Made by a program: the position numbers and the translations under genes. From Sphingomonadales bacterium (GTDB lineage Bacteria; Pseudomonadota; Alphaproteobacteria; Sphingomonadales; JAKSBY01), in the NCBI GenBank assembly GCA_022360855.1, contig JAKSBY010000477.1, forward strand, positions 1 to 52,228: DNA of 52,228 nucleotides, in the 5' to 3' direction. Under the pieces are notes generated by a model that searched no databases, was not told the DNA's origin, and worked only from the letters and a program-made list of their open reading frames with translations. Positions 26,719 through 36,609 of this stretch are shown here, piece after piece; positions within the stretch are counted from its first letter, which is position 1, and every line of letters begins with the position of its first letter.

Positions 26719-27835
26719 AACGCGGGCGATGGCCGCTAGCGGCTTCCCGATAGGGCGGCAGGCTTAAATTAGGCATTGCGGGTTCCCCAGCAAATTTTAT
26801 CGGCACACCGAGATGGGTTTGCTTGTCGCTGTCATGAAGAAGCATGGAGCGCACTTTTACATGGGGATGCTCAAAAGCCTCCTTCAGCGTGAGCACGGGC
26901 GCCCAGCAGATATCAAGGTTGCCGAGAAACGCCATCCAATGATCCAAAGGTTTGGCGGCAAAGCTATTCTTGAAAAACGCACGCAGCGGCGCTTGCTCCG
27001 GCCCCGGCTCTATGGTTGCGTAGGAATAAAGGTCGGGCCGCTCAAGCGCGTCCAGCAGGACTCTCGCAAATTTCGGTTCTGAACCGCCCAAGACGATGAA
27101 TTTTCCGTCTGATGTTTCATAGATGTTGTACATCCCCGCCCCGCCAAAGGAGCGCATGGTTTTGGGCTCTGGCGCTCTGTCTTCGGCGAACACAGGTCCG
27201 GTGACATTCGCGGTCCATGAGAGCAGGCAATCATGCATGGAGATGTCCAGCACATCCCCCTGCCCCGTGCTCCGGCGGCGGTAAAGCGCCATTAAAATGC
27301 CGGAAAACGCCATCAGCGAAGCGCACATGTCGGCGGCTGGGATGTTCGGCATTGCCGGCTTGTCATCCTCCAGCCCCCGATTGAGATCCGTGGTGCCAGC
27401 CAGCGCCTGTACGGCAAGGTCATGGGCGGGCCTGTCTCTGAGCGGACCGTCCTGACCGAAAGCGGAAATAGAGCAATAGACCAAGCCAGGGTTTTCCGCG
27501 CGCAAAGCCGCTGGGCCAATGCCAAGGCGCTCAACAACGCCAGGGCGGAAAGCCTCAACGACAACGTCCGCCTCCCTGGCCAAAGAACGGAAATAGGCCA
27601 GGTCGCCCGCCTCTTTCAGGTTCAGCGCTACGGCCTCCTTTCCGCGCCCGATATTGCGAAACCAGACGGAAACACCGTCATCGGCCCGGTAGCCGATATC
27701 GCGCGCTGGTTCCCCCCGCCCGTTGGCGACTTCGATCATGATGACGTCCGCGCCGTGATCTGCCATCATCATGCTCATATGCGGACCGGGCAAAAAGCTG
27801 CTCAAATCCAGCACTTTAAGTCCTGCCAGTTTCAT
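26696..27835 (-). CDS. Family III CoA-transferase (CaiB/BaiF type)
   Basis: 379 aa with the N-terminus MKLAGLKVLDLSSFLPGPHMSMMMADHGADVIMIE typical of the family. ATGA overlap with the acyl-CoA dehydrogenase stop. Its 3' end overlaps the convergent regulator gene by 23 nt. Confidence 0.9.
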   Translation of the reverse strand: MKLAGLKVLDLSSFLPGPHMSMMMADHGADVIMIEVANGRGEPARDIGYRADDGVSVWFRNIGRGKEAVALNLKEAGDLAYFRSLAREADVVVEAFRPGVVERLGIGPAALRAENPGLVYCSISAFGQDGPLRDRPAHDLAVQALAGTTDLNRGLEDDKPAMPNIPAADMCASLMAFSGILMALYRRRSTGQGDVLDISMHDCLLSWTANVTGPVFAEDRAPEPKTMRSFGGAGMYNIYETSDGKFIVLGGSEPKFARVLLDALERPDLYSYATIEPGPEQAPLRAFFKNSFAAKPLDHWMAFLGNLDICWAPVLTLKEAFEHPHVKVRSMLLHDSDKQTHLGVPIKFAGEPAMPNLSLPPYREAASGHRPRFSGGNEQ

Positions 27836-29031
27836 GCCTCCGACCTGGCAATCAATTGCTTGGCAATGATGATGCGCTGCATCTCATTGGTTCCTTCCCC
27901 GATGCACATGAGCGGTGCTTCGCGGTAGAGGCGCTCGATGGGGTATTCCTTCGAATAGCCGTAACCGCCATGGATTCGCATCGCCTCCAAAGCGTTTTCG
28001 ACCGCTGTCTCAGAGGCAAAGTATTTGGCCATGCCCGCCTCCATATCGCAGCGCTCGCCAGCATCATAGGCGCGAGCGGCATCCTCCGTCAGCAGTTCCG
28101 CCGCGCGGGTGTGCGCCGCCATTTCGCCCAGCTTGAGCTGAATGGCCTGATGATTCGCGATGGGCTTGCCGAAGGTTTTTCGTTCTTTCGCATAAGCCAC
28201 GCTCTCGTTGAGCGCGCGCCGTGCGATCCCGACAGAGCGCGCGGCGATGTTGATGCGGCCGAGCTCCAGCCCGCCCACGGCCATGTAAAAGCCCTCGCCT
28301 TCCTCACCGCCGATCAGGTGCCGTCTGGCATCAATGCGGTAATTGTCGAACATCAACTCAGCGGAATCGATGCCCTTATAGCCCAGCTTCTGCATTTTAC
28401 CGCTGGTGGTATAGCCGTCATAGGCCTTCCCCGTGTCTGGATCGACCTTCGGCGTGAGCAGGATGGACATGCCCGCGCGCGGCGGTTTTGCCTCAGGATC
28501 GGTTTTCACAAGCAGCGCCACAGCCCCACCTTCGATCCCGTTGGATATCCATGTCTTGTTGCCGTTCACCACATAATCATCACCGTCGCGCAGCGCCACA
28601 GTGCGGATCGCCTGCAGATCGGTCCCTGCATCGGGCTCGGTGAGCCCCAAAGCCCCGCGGATCTCCCCAGCAGCAAATCTCGGCAACCAATACTCTTTTT
28701 GGAAATCCGTACCGAACTTCTCAACGATCGTCGCCATCATCAGGTGGGAGTTGAAGATACCGGTCAGCGACATCCAGACCTCCGAAATCTGGGTCACGAT
28801 CCGGGCGTAGGTGGTCGCCGACAGGCCAAGCCCCCCATAGTCTGGCGAAATCGTCGCGCCGAACAGGCCGAAGTCCTTCATCTGTTCGACCATCTCATGG
28901 GGATACTCATCGGCATGCTCCATGCGCATCACATGGTCTTTCACATCCCGGTCCAGCCACCGGCCGATCTGATCGAGCATGGCGCGTTCGTCAGATTCGG
29001 AAATGCCGCGTTCGTCAGATGCCGTTGCCAT
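27832..29031 (-). CDS. Acyl-CoA dehydrogenase
   Basis: 399 aa from ATG 29031, preceded by AAGGAAA. The ORF-track start at 29073 would overlap the MaoC gene. Motifs GLTEPDAGTD and the C-terminal catalytic-base region IGEGTNEMQRIIIA. Confidence 0.9.
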   Translation of the reverse strand: MATASDERGISESDERAMLDQIGRWLDRDVKDHVMRMEHADEYPHEMVEQMKDFGLFGATISPDYGGLGLSATTYARIVTQISEVWMSLTGIFNSHLMMATIVEKFGTDFQKEYWLPRFAAGEIRGALGLTEPDAGTDLQAIRTVALRDGDDYVVNGNKTWISNGIEGGAVALLVKTDPEAKPPRAGMSILLTPKVDPDTGKAYDGYTTSGKMQKLGYKGIDSAELMFDNYRIDARRHLIGGEEGEGFYMAVGGLELGRINIAARSVGIARRALNESVAYAKERKTFGKPIANHQAIQLKLGEMAAHTRAAELLTEDAARAYDAGERCDMEAGMAKYFASETAVENALEAMRIHGGYGYSKEYPIERLYREAPLMCIGEGTNEMQRIIIAKQLIARSEA

Positions 29032-29047
29032 GGCAGATTTCCTTTTG

Positions 29048-29569
29048 TCAGTAGCGTGGATTTTTATCTTCAACTGCTTGTCCCTTTGCAGGGATCAGCA
29101 TATTCCGGTCAAACGTGCAGACCTGCTCATCGCGCTGATTGGTGCCGATTGTGCGGATTGTCACGATGCCCTGGCCGGGGCGGGACTTGGATTCGCGCTT
29201 GGCGAGAACCTCACTTTGGGCATAGAGCGTATCTCCCGCATAAACGGGCGCGGTGAACTTGATACCGTCCATCCCCAGGTTCGCGATGGCTTTCTGGCTG
29301 ACATCTGTGACCGACATGCCGATCAGAAGAGCTAGGGTATAGGTCGAGACGACCAGATTGCCGTCAAACTCCGACGTTTTGGCAAACTCTGCGTCAAAAT
29401 GCATGGGATGGGTGTTGAGAGTAACCAGCGTGAAGAGGTGATTGTCATACTCCGTCACCGTCTTTCCCGGGCGGTGATCATAGGTGTCGCCCACGGCGAA
29501 GTCCTCGAAATAGCGCCCGAAGGTCTCACGGTAATGATTGTCCCCGATTTCTTTCCAGCCCTGTACCAA
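29048..29569 (-). CDS. MaoC-like (hot-dog fold) enoyl-CoA hydratase/dehydratase
   Basis: 173 aa. TTG start 12 nt after GAAAGGA. Sequence ..GRYFEDFAVGDTYDHRPGKTVTEYDNHLFTLVTLNTHPMHFDAEFA.. matches single-hot-dog MaoC dehydratases. Confidence 0.85.
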   Translation of the reverse strand: MVQGWKEIGDNHYRETFGRYFEDFAVGDTYDHRPGKTVTEYDNHLFTLVTLNTHPMHFDAEFAKTSEFDGNLVVSTYTLALLIGMSVTDVSQKAIANLGMDGIKFTAPVYAGDTLYAQSEVLAKRESKSRPGQGIVTIRTIGTNQRDEQVCTFDRNMLIPAKGQAVEDKNPRY

Positions 29570-29573
29570 AGTT

Positions 29574-30407
29574 TTATGTCCTTTCGTGCGCCAGCAGGCG
29601 CTCAGCCGCCAAAATCACTGGTTTTTCAATGAGTTTGCCATTCAGCAATGCGGCGCTGCCCTTGGCGTCTTCAAGCGCCGCAATGACGCGCCGGGCATGA
29701 TCCAGCTCTGCATGTGTGTGGGCAAGGGCGTCATGAATGCCGGCAATCTGCTTGGGGTGAATAGCCGCGCGCGCGGCCAGGCCAAGCGCCTTTGCCCGAC
29801 GCGTTTCCTCTATCAGCCCCGCGCTGTCTTCCACATCCAGATAGGGCACATCGAACACCGGCACACCCGCGCTCGCCGCTGCGACGGCAAGCTGGCTGCG
29901 GGCAAAAAACAAACCGTCCCACTCCAGGCTGCAACCAACATCGGCGCTATAATCGACGCCGCCGAAGAGAACCGCCCCGCAGCGAAGGTGATTGAGAATA
30001 TCTGCCGCTGCGAGCAGACCTGCACCGCTTTCAATGACGGGAATGAGAGGCTTCGGCGCGCCCAGCCAGCCGGCGACAAGCTCAATGTCATGGCTGCTGA
30101 CAACCTTTGGCAGCATGAGAAAATCGGCCCGATCGAGATCTAAAGCCAACGTACTGATATCCTTGCATCCATCCAGGGACGTCACGGCGTTGATGCGCAC
30201 GCCGACCGCGGGCCCAGCCCCTCTAGAGTGCGCTAGACACTCCGCCACAGCCTCACGGGCAGCGGCTTTTTGGTCAGGCGCAACCGCGTCTTCGAGATCA
30301 ATGCATATGCTGTCGGCGCCTGCCGCGCGGGCCTTGTCAAACCGATCAGGCCGGTTGCCAGGCACGAACAGCAGTGAGCGCCAGGCACTCATGGGCAAGT
30401 CAGTCAT
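29574..30407 (-). CDS. HpcH/HpaI aldolase / citrate lyase beta (CitE)-like acyl-CoA lyase
   Basis: 277 aa with RSLLFVPGNRPDRFDKA..ADSICIDLEDAV, the CitE / malyl- or citramalyl-CoA lyase family signature. Confidence 0.85.
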   Translation of the reverse strand: MTDLPMSAWRSLLFVPGNRPDRFDKARAAGADSICIDLEDAVAPDQKAAAREAVAECLAHSRGAGPAVGVRINAVTSLDGCKDISTLALDLDRADFLMLPKVVSSHDIELVAGWLGAPKPLIPVIESGAGLLAAADILNHLRCGAVLFGGVDYSADVGCSLEWDGLFFARSQLAVAAASAGVPVFDVPYLDVEDSAGLIEETRRAKALGLAARAAIHPKQIAGIHDALAHTHAELDHARRVIAALEDAKGSAALLNGKLIEKPVILAAERLLAHERT

Positions 30408-30465
30408 AACAATTGCTTTTTAAGACCGTATCCGTTCTGCCCTGCATTGAAAGCGCGGAGGGGCT

Positions 30466-31098
30466 TTAGGCGGCTTTGCGTTGCAGTTTGGAAAAATAAT
30501 CAAGGGTCTCGGCAAGGGTAACCACATCCGCATAGCGTCGGCTGACATCGCGCAAATTGGCCTCATGCGCATCCATTTCCATGTCGCCGACGCATTCCTC
30601 GGGGATCATGGTTCTAAACCCGTAAGAAAAACTGTCATTGGTCGTTGCGCGCACGCAGCCAGACGTGGTGCAGCCGGTCACGAAGACGGTATCGACATTC
30701 TGCTTGGTCAGGAAGGTGATCAGCGGTGTATCGAAGAACATCGACGGCGCGCCCTTCGTAAAAGCGAAGTCGTAATCCTTATCGTGTATTTTCGGTTCCA
30801 GCTCCGTCGAGGGATCGCCATAGAACATGCCTTCATAAAGCATGGGGACTTTCCAATAGCTCATATCCTTCTTGCTGCCCCAAGCGACATTGCACACAGC
30901 AACGGGAATGCCAAGCGCGCGCGCTTCTTTCAGCAGCGTGGCGGTGTTGTCGACCGCTTTATGGATATAGGGCGAAATACCGGCGGGATAATCCGGGCGG
31001 GTGAAGCCGACCTGAAAGTCCACGACCAGGATCGCCGGGCGTTCGCCAAAGCCGATGCCGGCCTGGCCATAGCCAATCTCGTCAAAACGGTTACTCAT
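30466..31098 (-). CDS. Isochorismatase-fold cysteine amidohydrolase (N-carbamoylsarcosine amidase / maleamate amidohydrolase-like)
   Basis: 210 aa. The Asp-Lys-Cys triad context is visible: PAILVVDFQ (Asp), FAFTKGAPS (Lys), VTGCTTSGCVRAT (Cys). The Cys marks the amidohydrolase branch rather than true isochorismatases. Confidence 0.85.
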   Translation of the reverse strand: MSNRFDEIGYGQAGIGFGERPAILVVDFQVGFTRPDYPAGISPYIHKAVDNTATLLKEARALGIPVAVCNVAWGSKKDMSYWKVPMLYEGMFYGDPSTELEPKIHDKDYDFAFTKGAPSMFFDTPLITFLTKQNVDTVFVTGCTTSGCVRATTNDSFSYGFRTMIPEECVGDMEMDAHEANLRDVSRRYADVVTLAETLDYFSKLQRKAA

Positions 31099-31112
31099 AT
31101 CCTCGTCTCCTC

Positions 31113-32216
31113 TTAAGGCAGATAAAATGTCTGGTAGTCGGTCTCACAAGGCGGCCCAAACGCCACATCCACACGCCCGGCTGCGGGGTCCGCAACCAGG
31201 GAAGCCACCGTCATCCATTGATCGGCATCGTAGCGCGACGTCTCAGCGCGATGGCGGCAAATGCTGCTGGGGTGGTTTTGATGGTCTTTCAAAACTGATT
31301 TCACTTGCTCAAACAGATCGCCCTCTCCGACATCAATCTCCTCCAGACGCGCTGCCCCCTGGGCGCGCCGCACGGTGGAATCCGGAAGGATATCCAAAAG
31401 GCGCTCATCCCCGCGAAATCGCTCGCAAACATAATGGTTGGTGTGAAACAGCCTGCCGTCTTCGGCGGTTAACGTCTCAACCTCGTCCACGGTTTGCTCA
31501 AGATTGCGGATATCGCCTGAGGGGTCGGTGAAAAGCAGGTTGATGGTCGAGGCACGCTCCAGCCCCCGGATAGTTTCTTCAGCTTTTGCCGCGGTCTTCT
31601 GTTCCAGAGCCAACCGGCAACTCAAATAACGCGGGAAGCCTACGCGCCAGCCATCCGACAGAAGCGCGTTGCCGAACACGCTCAGGCCCTCGCTGTTGAT
31701 GCCCAAATATCCGATCATGCCCGGATAATAGGCGTAAAACAGCATATCCGGGCCATAGTCCGGCCGCATCTCCACAACCGTGCCCAGACGGCAATGCTCC
31801 TCAACCGTATCGACATTCTGGCCAGTGAAGACATGCCCGTCAGCCCGTTTAATCGCGAAAGACGAGCAGCCATCCCCGCCGCGCCCATCAAAGCCCACAG
31901 CTTCAAAACGCAGCTGGAGCAGGAGCGCGTCTTCAAATGGAACAGCAGCACCGCGAGCCAGCCCACGGATTTCCTCAACCAGGTAAGGCGCCACCTTTTC
32001 AATGGCCGAAACATAGGCTTGCGCCCGCGCGCGAAAGTGTGTGATGGGACCGATTTTCTCCATCTCGCCATGGACCAGTGCCAGCGCCTCGGCGATGCTC
32101 GGCCGGCACGCCTCGCCCAGTTGTTCGCCCATTTGGCGATTGCTGCCGGAGACGCAGACGCGGCGTGTTTCACCGACACCAAACGAGTGTTGATCATCTT
32201 GCAGCAAGGTCACCAT
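31113..32216 (-). CDS. Peptidase C45 family Ntn-hydrolase (acyl-CoA:6-aminopenicillanate acyltransferase-like)
   Basis: 367 aa. There is a putative autoprocessing and nucleophile site ..GRGGDG|CSSFAIK... Downstream are YYPGMIGYLGINSEGLSVFGN and TNHY motifs typical of C45 members. AAGGAAGGGA precedes ATG 32216. Confidence 0.75.
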   Translation of the reverse strand: MVTLLQDDQHSFGVGETRRVCVSGSNRQMGEQLGEACRPSIAEALALVHGEMEKIGPITHFRARAQAYVSAIEKVAPYLVEEIRGLARGAAVPFEDALLLQLRFEAVGFDGRGGDGCSSFAIKRADGHVFTGQNVDTVEEHCRLGTVVEMRPDYGPDMLFYAYYPGMIGYLGINSEGLSVFGNALLSDGWRVGFPRYLSCRLALEQKTAAKAEETIRGLERASTINLLFTDPSGDIRNLEQTVDEVETLTAEDGRLFHTNHYVCERFRGDERLLDILPDSTVRRAQGAARLEEIDVGEGDLFEQVKSVLKDHQNHPSSICRHRAETSRYDADQWMTVASLVADPAAGRVDVAFGPPCETDYQTFYLP

Positions 32217-32265
32217 TTTTCCCTTCCTTTGGACGAAACCCAGTTGGGCGCGCCTTCCTCCTCAC

Positions 32266-34587
32266 TTAGAAATTATAGGTGAGCTCCGCGCCGAACGTGC
32301 GCTCCAGCCCCCGGCGCGCAAAGTTCAGCAGGAACTGTGGTGGCGTATCCGGGCCAGGCGTTGCAGCGTAGGAAATGATGTTCTCAGCATTGTATTTTTC
32401 GTTGAAGAGGTTTCGCGCCCACACGGTGAGGGACCAGTTTTCAGAGCGCACGCCGCCGCGCAGGTTCACTAAATTGACCGGATCGCGCACAGTGCGCGGG
32501 CCGCCATTGATGTCCCAAGGCGTTTCGCCAAGGCGCTGATAGTCAATTCGGCTGAACCAATCGAACGCATTGGAAATCGGAAGGTTGACCTCCGCACCCA
32601 GATTCAGCGTTGTTTTAGGCACGGACGGCAGATCATTTCCGACCGCAAAGGGATTGGCGTCATATTGAGTGACCGTCGCGTCGGTGAATCCAAAGGCAGC
32701 CGACAAGACGACATACTCGTGCGCCTGCAGCGTGGCATCAAATTCAAAGCCTTTGATTTCGGTGCCATCGATATTGGTTCTGGCCCGGGTCGATGTCACG
32801 GGCGTAAACTCGAAAATCTGAGTGTTGCTGGTATCCGTCAGGAACGCTGATACGTTGAAGGTCAGCCGGTCATCAAGCCACCGTGTTTTCATACCGATTT
32901 CCCAGCCTTTGACGACCTCCTCATCATAGGTGTCAAAGATATTGACGCTGCCGGGATCGAGCGTGGGAAAGTCAAACGCCAAGACAGTAGCGCGCGTGCC
33001 CGGACCGTTAAACCCGCCGGCGCGGAAACCCTCGCCATAGCTGGCAAAGACGCTGATATTCTCCTTCGGTAGCCAGCGCAGAGACACGCGCGGCTGAAAG
33101 CGGTCAAAGCTTGCTTCGCGCACGAGGCCTTCAAATCCAGCGAGGGTGGGGAGCCCAGCAAAGTCGGAGCTAAGAAAGTTCGTCGCGTTACGATCTTCCG
33201 AATCCCAGCGGCCGGAAACAGCAAGCTCAAGATTTGGAAGGATATCGTAAAACAGCTGCCCGTAGAGGGAGAACACATCTGTCTGGGTTCCCTGATCCTC
33301 CGTCACATTGAGCGTCAAAGGCCCAGGATTTACAGAAGAAATCTGTCCACCGTTTTCGTCTCGTTGAAGCGACACGAAAACGGTGCGTTCAATGTTTGCG
33401 TAATAGCCACCAAAACTCCAATTCAGGCGACTATCAAAGGCGTCGCCAGACAGACGTGTTTCCAGCGTGCGTGTTTTGCCGTTGCGTTCCTGAAACGCGA
33501 TGGTCCCTTCGGCAGGCGTATAACCAATCAGATTGAAGTCGTTGTTTGCGTTGCCATCCGGTCCCACACCCTCAAACCCAAACGCGGAGTTGATGATGAA
33601 GTCGGCGCCAAAGGCGTTGTCGTTATCATTGTAGCCCGCAGCGAAAAACCAATCGGCAAAGCCCATATCCCATTCGATCTTGCCGCTGAGATCAATGCGT
33701 TCAGCCGGGTTGATGGAGTTTACGTTCGGCGCGAAGGGAAGGCTTGTATCGTTGACATTCGGCCCGTCAGCGAATTGCGGGGTAATGTTTGGGAAGAATG
33801 CCGTTTGGAAATTAAAGTAGATCGCGCTGCCGTCAATGTCTGCATATTCGGCAATGAGGTCCACCGACAGGTCCTCCGTCGGCGTGAACAAAACCCGGCC
33901 CCGCACGCGCAGTTCTTCATAGTAATCGACGGTATTGCCGAGAAACTCATTTTCAAAAATACCGCCCCTGTCGGTATAGGAGGCTGATATGCTCGCTCCC
34001 AACGTATCTTCAATGACGGGGCCGGACAAATAGCCGGTGAAACGGTAGTGATCGCCGTTTCCAATTTCCGCCGTCACCCTGCCTTCAAGCTCTTCACCCG
34101 GCTTTTTCGTGGTAATGAGGATGGCACCCCCGACCGCATTACGCCCGTAAAGGCTGCTGACCGGTCCTTTGACCACCTCAATTTGCTGAATTGCCACCAG
34201 ATCTCGATTGAGGGCGAAGGCATCAGGCTGCTGAACGCCGTCGATCACCAGCGCATAGGATGGGTCCACATCCCTGGAATTGAGAATGCCACGGATGATG
34301 ACCTGCGTATCGCCCGCTTCCGCGGTATCAAGCATGAGAACATTGGGCACCAGTTGGGCAAAATCGGTCGGCCGCTGAATGCCAGCGCGCTGAATTGCCT
34401 GCTCGCTAAACGCATCCACGGTGATCGGCGTTTCCACCAGGGTTTCCGGCGTCCGGCGGGCCGTAATAAAGATTTGCTCGACCGCATCATCCACTTGGTC
34501 ACCTTGGGCAAGCGCGCTTGACGTCCCCGTGGCCGCGATCATTGCCGCGAGGCTGAGCCCACCCGCTATTTCCTGCTTAAAAGCCAT
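32266..34587 (-). CDS. TonB-dependent outer-membrane receptor (locus 2)
   Basis: 773 aa. Signal peptide ..TSSALA/QG, TonB-box-like EQIFITARR, and plug motif IEVVKGPVSSLYGRNAVGGAI. The barrel ends ..AELTYNF. GGGAGG precedes ATG 34587. Confidence 0.9.
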   Translation of the reverse strand: MAFKQEIAGGLSLAAMIAATGTSSALAQGDQVDDAVEQIFITARRTPETLVETPITVDAFSEQAIQRAGIQRPTDFAQLVPNVLMLDTAEAGDTQVIIRGILNSRDVDPSYALVIDGVQQPDAFALNRDLVAIQQIEVVKGPVSSLYGRNAVGGAILITTKKPGEELEGRVTAEIGNGDHYRFTGYLSGPVIEDTLGASISASYTDRGGIFENEFLGNTVDYYEELRVRGRVLFTPTEDLSVDLIAEYADIDGSAIYFNFQTAFFPNITPQFADGPNVNDTSLPFAPNVNSINPAERIDLSGKIEWDMGFADWFFAAGYNDNDNAFGADFIINSAFGFEGVGPDGNANNDFNLIGYTPAEGTIAFQERNGKTRTLETRLSGDAFDSRLNWSFGGYYANIERTVFVSLQRDENGGQISSVNPGPLTLNVTEDQGTQTDVFSLYGQLFYDILPNLELAVSGRWDSEDRNATNFLSSDFAGLPTLAGFEGLVREASFDRFQPRVSLRWLPKENISVFASYGEGFRAGGFNGPGTRATVLAFDFPTLDPGSVNIFDTYDEEVVKGWEIGMKTRWLDDRLTFNVSAFLTDTSNTQIFEFTPVTSTRARTNIDGTEIKGFEFDATLQAHEYVVLSAAFGFTDATVTQYDANPFAVGNDLPSVPKTTLNLGAEVNLPISNAFDWFSRIDYQRLGETPWDINGGPRTVRDPVNLVNLRGGVRSENWSLTVWARNLFNEKYNAENIISYAATPGPDTPPQFLLNFARRGLERTFGAELTYNF

Positions 34588-34680
34588 AATTCTACCTCCC
34601 TGTAAGGTCCTGTATATGCTTGGTATTCCTGCGCACAGTCCCAGAACGGTACCGCGAGTGCGCCGATCCTGTGTTGCGCC

Positions 34681-36597
34681 TCAGCTGGCCTTTAGAGCCA
34701 GATCGTCTTGTCTCGACAGGCCCATGCCAGCGGCCGCGCTGTCTTTTGCAAACGTGGGGGCGACCGGCGCGGGAAGCCCCGTTTCGGCCTTGCAGCGCTC
34801 ACGCAGTTCCTCAAGCGTGCCGCCTTTGTCGAACAACTGCGCCTCGCCCGCGTTCTGGCACATCTCCCCGCGCAGCCGCGCGGTCGCCAGTTCATCGATG
34901 GCCAACTCATCACTGCAGACCACGCCATACCGGCGCGCGCCATGCGGCGTGACGAGCCCGCTCTCAAGATCATAGACAACGGCCGCAAGATCGCGCTCCA
35001 AAGGATCGCCCCACCCGCCGCCGCCCCAGGTCTCGAACAGCACGAAATCACCGGCCTCGACCAGGATGTTATCGCATTTGGCCGGCACCAGTTCCTCGCT
35101 GCCATCAGCCCTTATCACCGTCTTGCGGCTGCGTTGGCCGGGATGGCCGCCTTTCACGCCCCATGGATAGGTCAGCCAGCGATCATCATGGATGGAAACC
35201 CGGCCAGGCCGCAAAAACCGGTAACCAACCCGCATAGCGTTGCCGCCGCGGTGCTTGCCGGGGCCGCCGCTGTCGGCAATCGTTTCGCTGATCTCGATGC
35301 GTACGGGGAAATAGCTTTCCACAAACTCATTCGGAATGTTGATGAATTTGGGCCAGAGGGAATGTCCGTCCGGACCGTCCCCGCTTGGCTTGCCGGGAAT
35401 CCCGCCGAAACCGATCTGGAAGAACAAGAACCATTTGTCCCGGTCGTCGATGCCGGAGAACATGAAGTGCGGGCTGGAGGAGAAGCCGGCAGCGCACAGA
35501 TAGTCGGGATTGGCGCTGCCGAACAGCCCACTGATGATGTCAAAGATACGGCCCATGGCGTGGGTCCTGCCGTTCAAAGCCGCCGGCCGGAGCGGCGCCA
35601 GCAGGCTTCCCTCGGGAATACGCACCTCCATCAGGTCAAAAAAGCCGTCGTTGAGCAGGATATCGGGGTCAAACATCATGACCATGAACTGCCCGCAGAA
35701 CATCTTGAACATCTGATCCGACAGCAGGAAATTTATGCAGCCCAGAGACTGTGAATCGGTCCGGCCGAAGTCGAAAATCATCGTCTCGCCTTCGCGCCAC
35801 ATGTCGCAGGCGATCTTATAGGGCCCCATGCCTTGACCATCATCGCAGACATAGTCTTCGAAGCTGACCTCCTTCTCCGGAACAGTGGTCAGAATCAGCT
35901 GACGCATGGAGCGCTTGTTGCGCTCCAGCAGTTCATCGAGCGCTGAGACGTAGGTGTTCACGCCGTAGCGTTCCGCCATCTCCAGGCAGCGGTTGGCACC
36001 GGCCTTGCACGCAGCCACAATGGCGTTGAAATCACTCTCATTCCACTGCGGCACGCGGCAGTTATGCAGGATGATATTGAGCACATCTTTCTGCAGCTTG
36101 CCCTTCGCGTAGATTTTTACCGGCGGAATGCAGATGCCTTCTTCATACAGGTCCACGGAATCGACCGGCATCGAGCCCGGAATCTTGCCGCCGATGTCCG
36201 TCATGTGACCAAACATGGCCGACCAGTTCATCAGCCGGCCGTCCTTGAAGACGGGCATCAAAACCAGCCAGTCATTGACGTGACTGATCGAGCCGTTACA
36301 GGCATAGGGGTCGGACGTGAGGAGGATATCGCCTTCTTCGATGCCGCCTTCATAGAGGTCCATAAAGCCTTTGACGGGTGAGCCGAACTGACCGGCGACC
36401 AGCCGGCCGTAGCGATCAGTGATGACGGGAAACCCATCGCGCTGCTCGCGAATGATCGGGCTCATGGCGGTGCGAAAAAGCAGCGCATCCATCTGGCCAC
36501 GCGCGCTCACCAGACCGTTTTCAATTAGTTCCAGCGTGATGGGGTCGACCCCTACGGTTTCATAAGGGGCCGTGTTGGTTTCTATCAAAGTCGCCAT
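34681..36597 (-). CDS. Hydantoinase B / oxoprolinase family protein (HyuB-like), pair 2
   Basis: 638 aa, with VDPITLELIENGLVSARGQMDALLFRTAMSPIIRE.. and family sequence throughout. It is about 70 aa longer than the pair-1 HyuB. It lies 12 nt downstream of hyuA-like pair 2. Confidence 0.9.
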   Translation of the reverse strand: MATLIETNTAPYETVGVDPITLELIENGLVSARGQMDALLFRTAMSPIIREQRDGFPVITDRYGRLVAGQFGSPVKGFMDLYEGGIEEGDILLTSDPYACNGSISHVNDWLVLMPVFKDGRLMNWSAMFGHMTDIGGKIPGSMPVDSVDLYEEGICIPPVKIYAKGKLQKDVLNIILHNCRVPQWNESDFNAIVAACKAGANRCLEMAERYGVNTYVSALDELLERNKRSMRQLILTTVPEKEVSFEDYVCDDGQGMGPYKIACDMWREGETMIFDFGRTDSQSLGCINFLLSDQMFKMFCGQFMVMMFDPDILLNDGFFDLMEVRIPEGSLLAPLRPAALNGRTHAMGRIFDIISGLFGSANPDYLCAAGFSSSPHFMFSGIDDRDKWFLFFQIGFGGIPGKPSGDGPDGHSLWPKFINIPNEFVESYFPVRIEISETIADSGGPGKHRGGNAMRVGYRFLRPGRVSIHDDRWLTYPWGVKGGHPGQRSRKTVIRADGSEELVPAKCDNILVEAGDFVLFETWGGGGWGDPLERDLAAVVYDLESGLVTPHGARRYGVVCSDELAIDELATARLRGEMCQNAGEAQLFDKGGTLEELRERCKAETGLPAPVAPTFAKDSAAAGMGLSRQDDLALKAS

Positions 36598-36609
36598 GAT
36601 CCGCGCCTC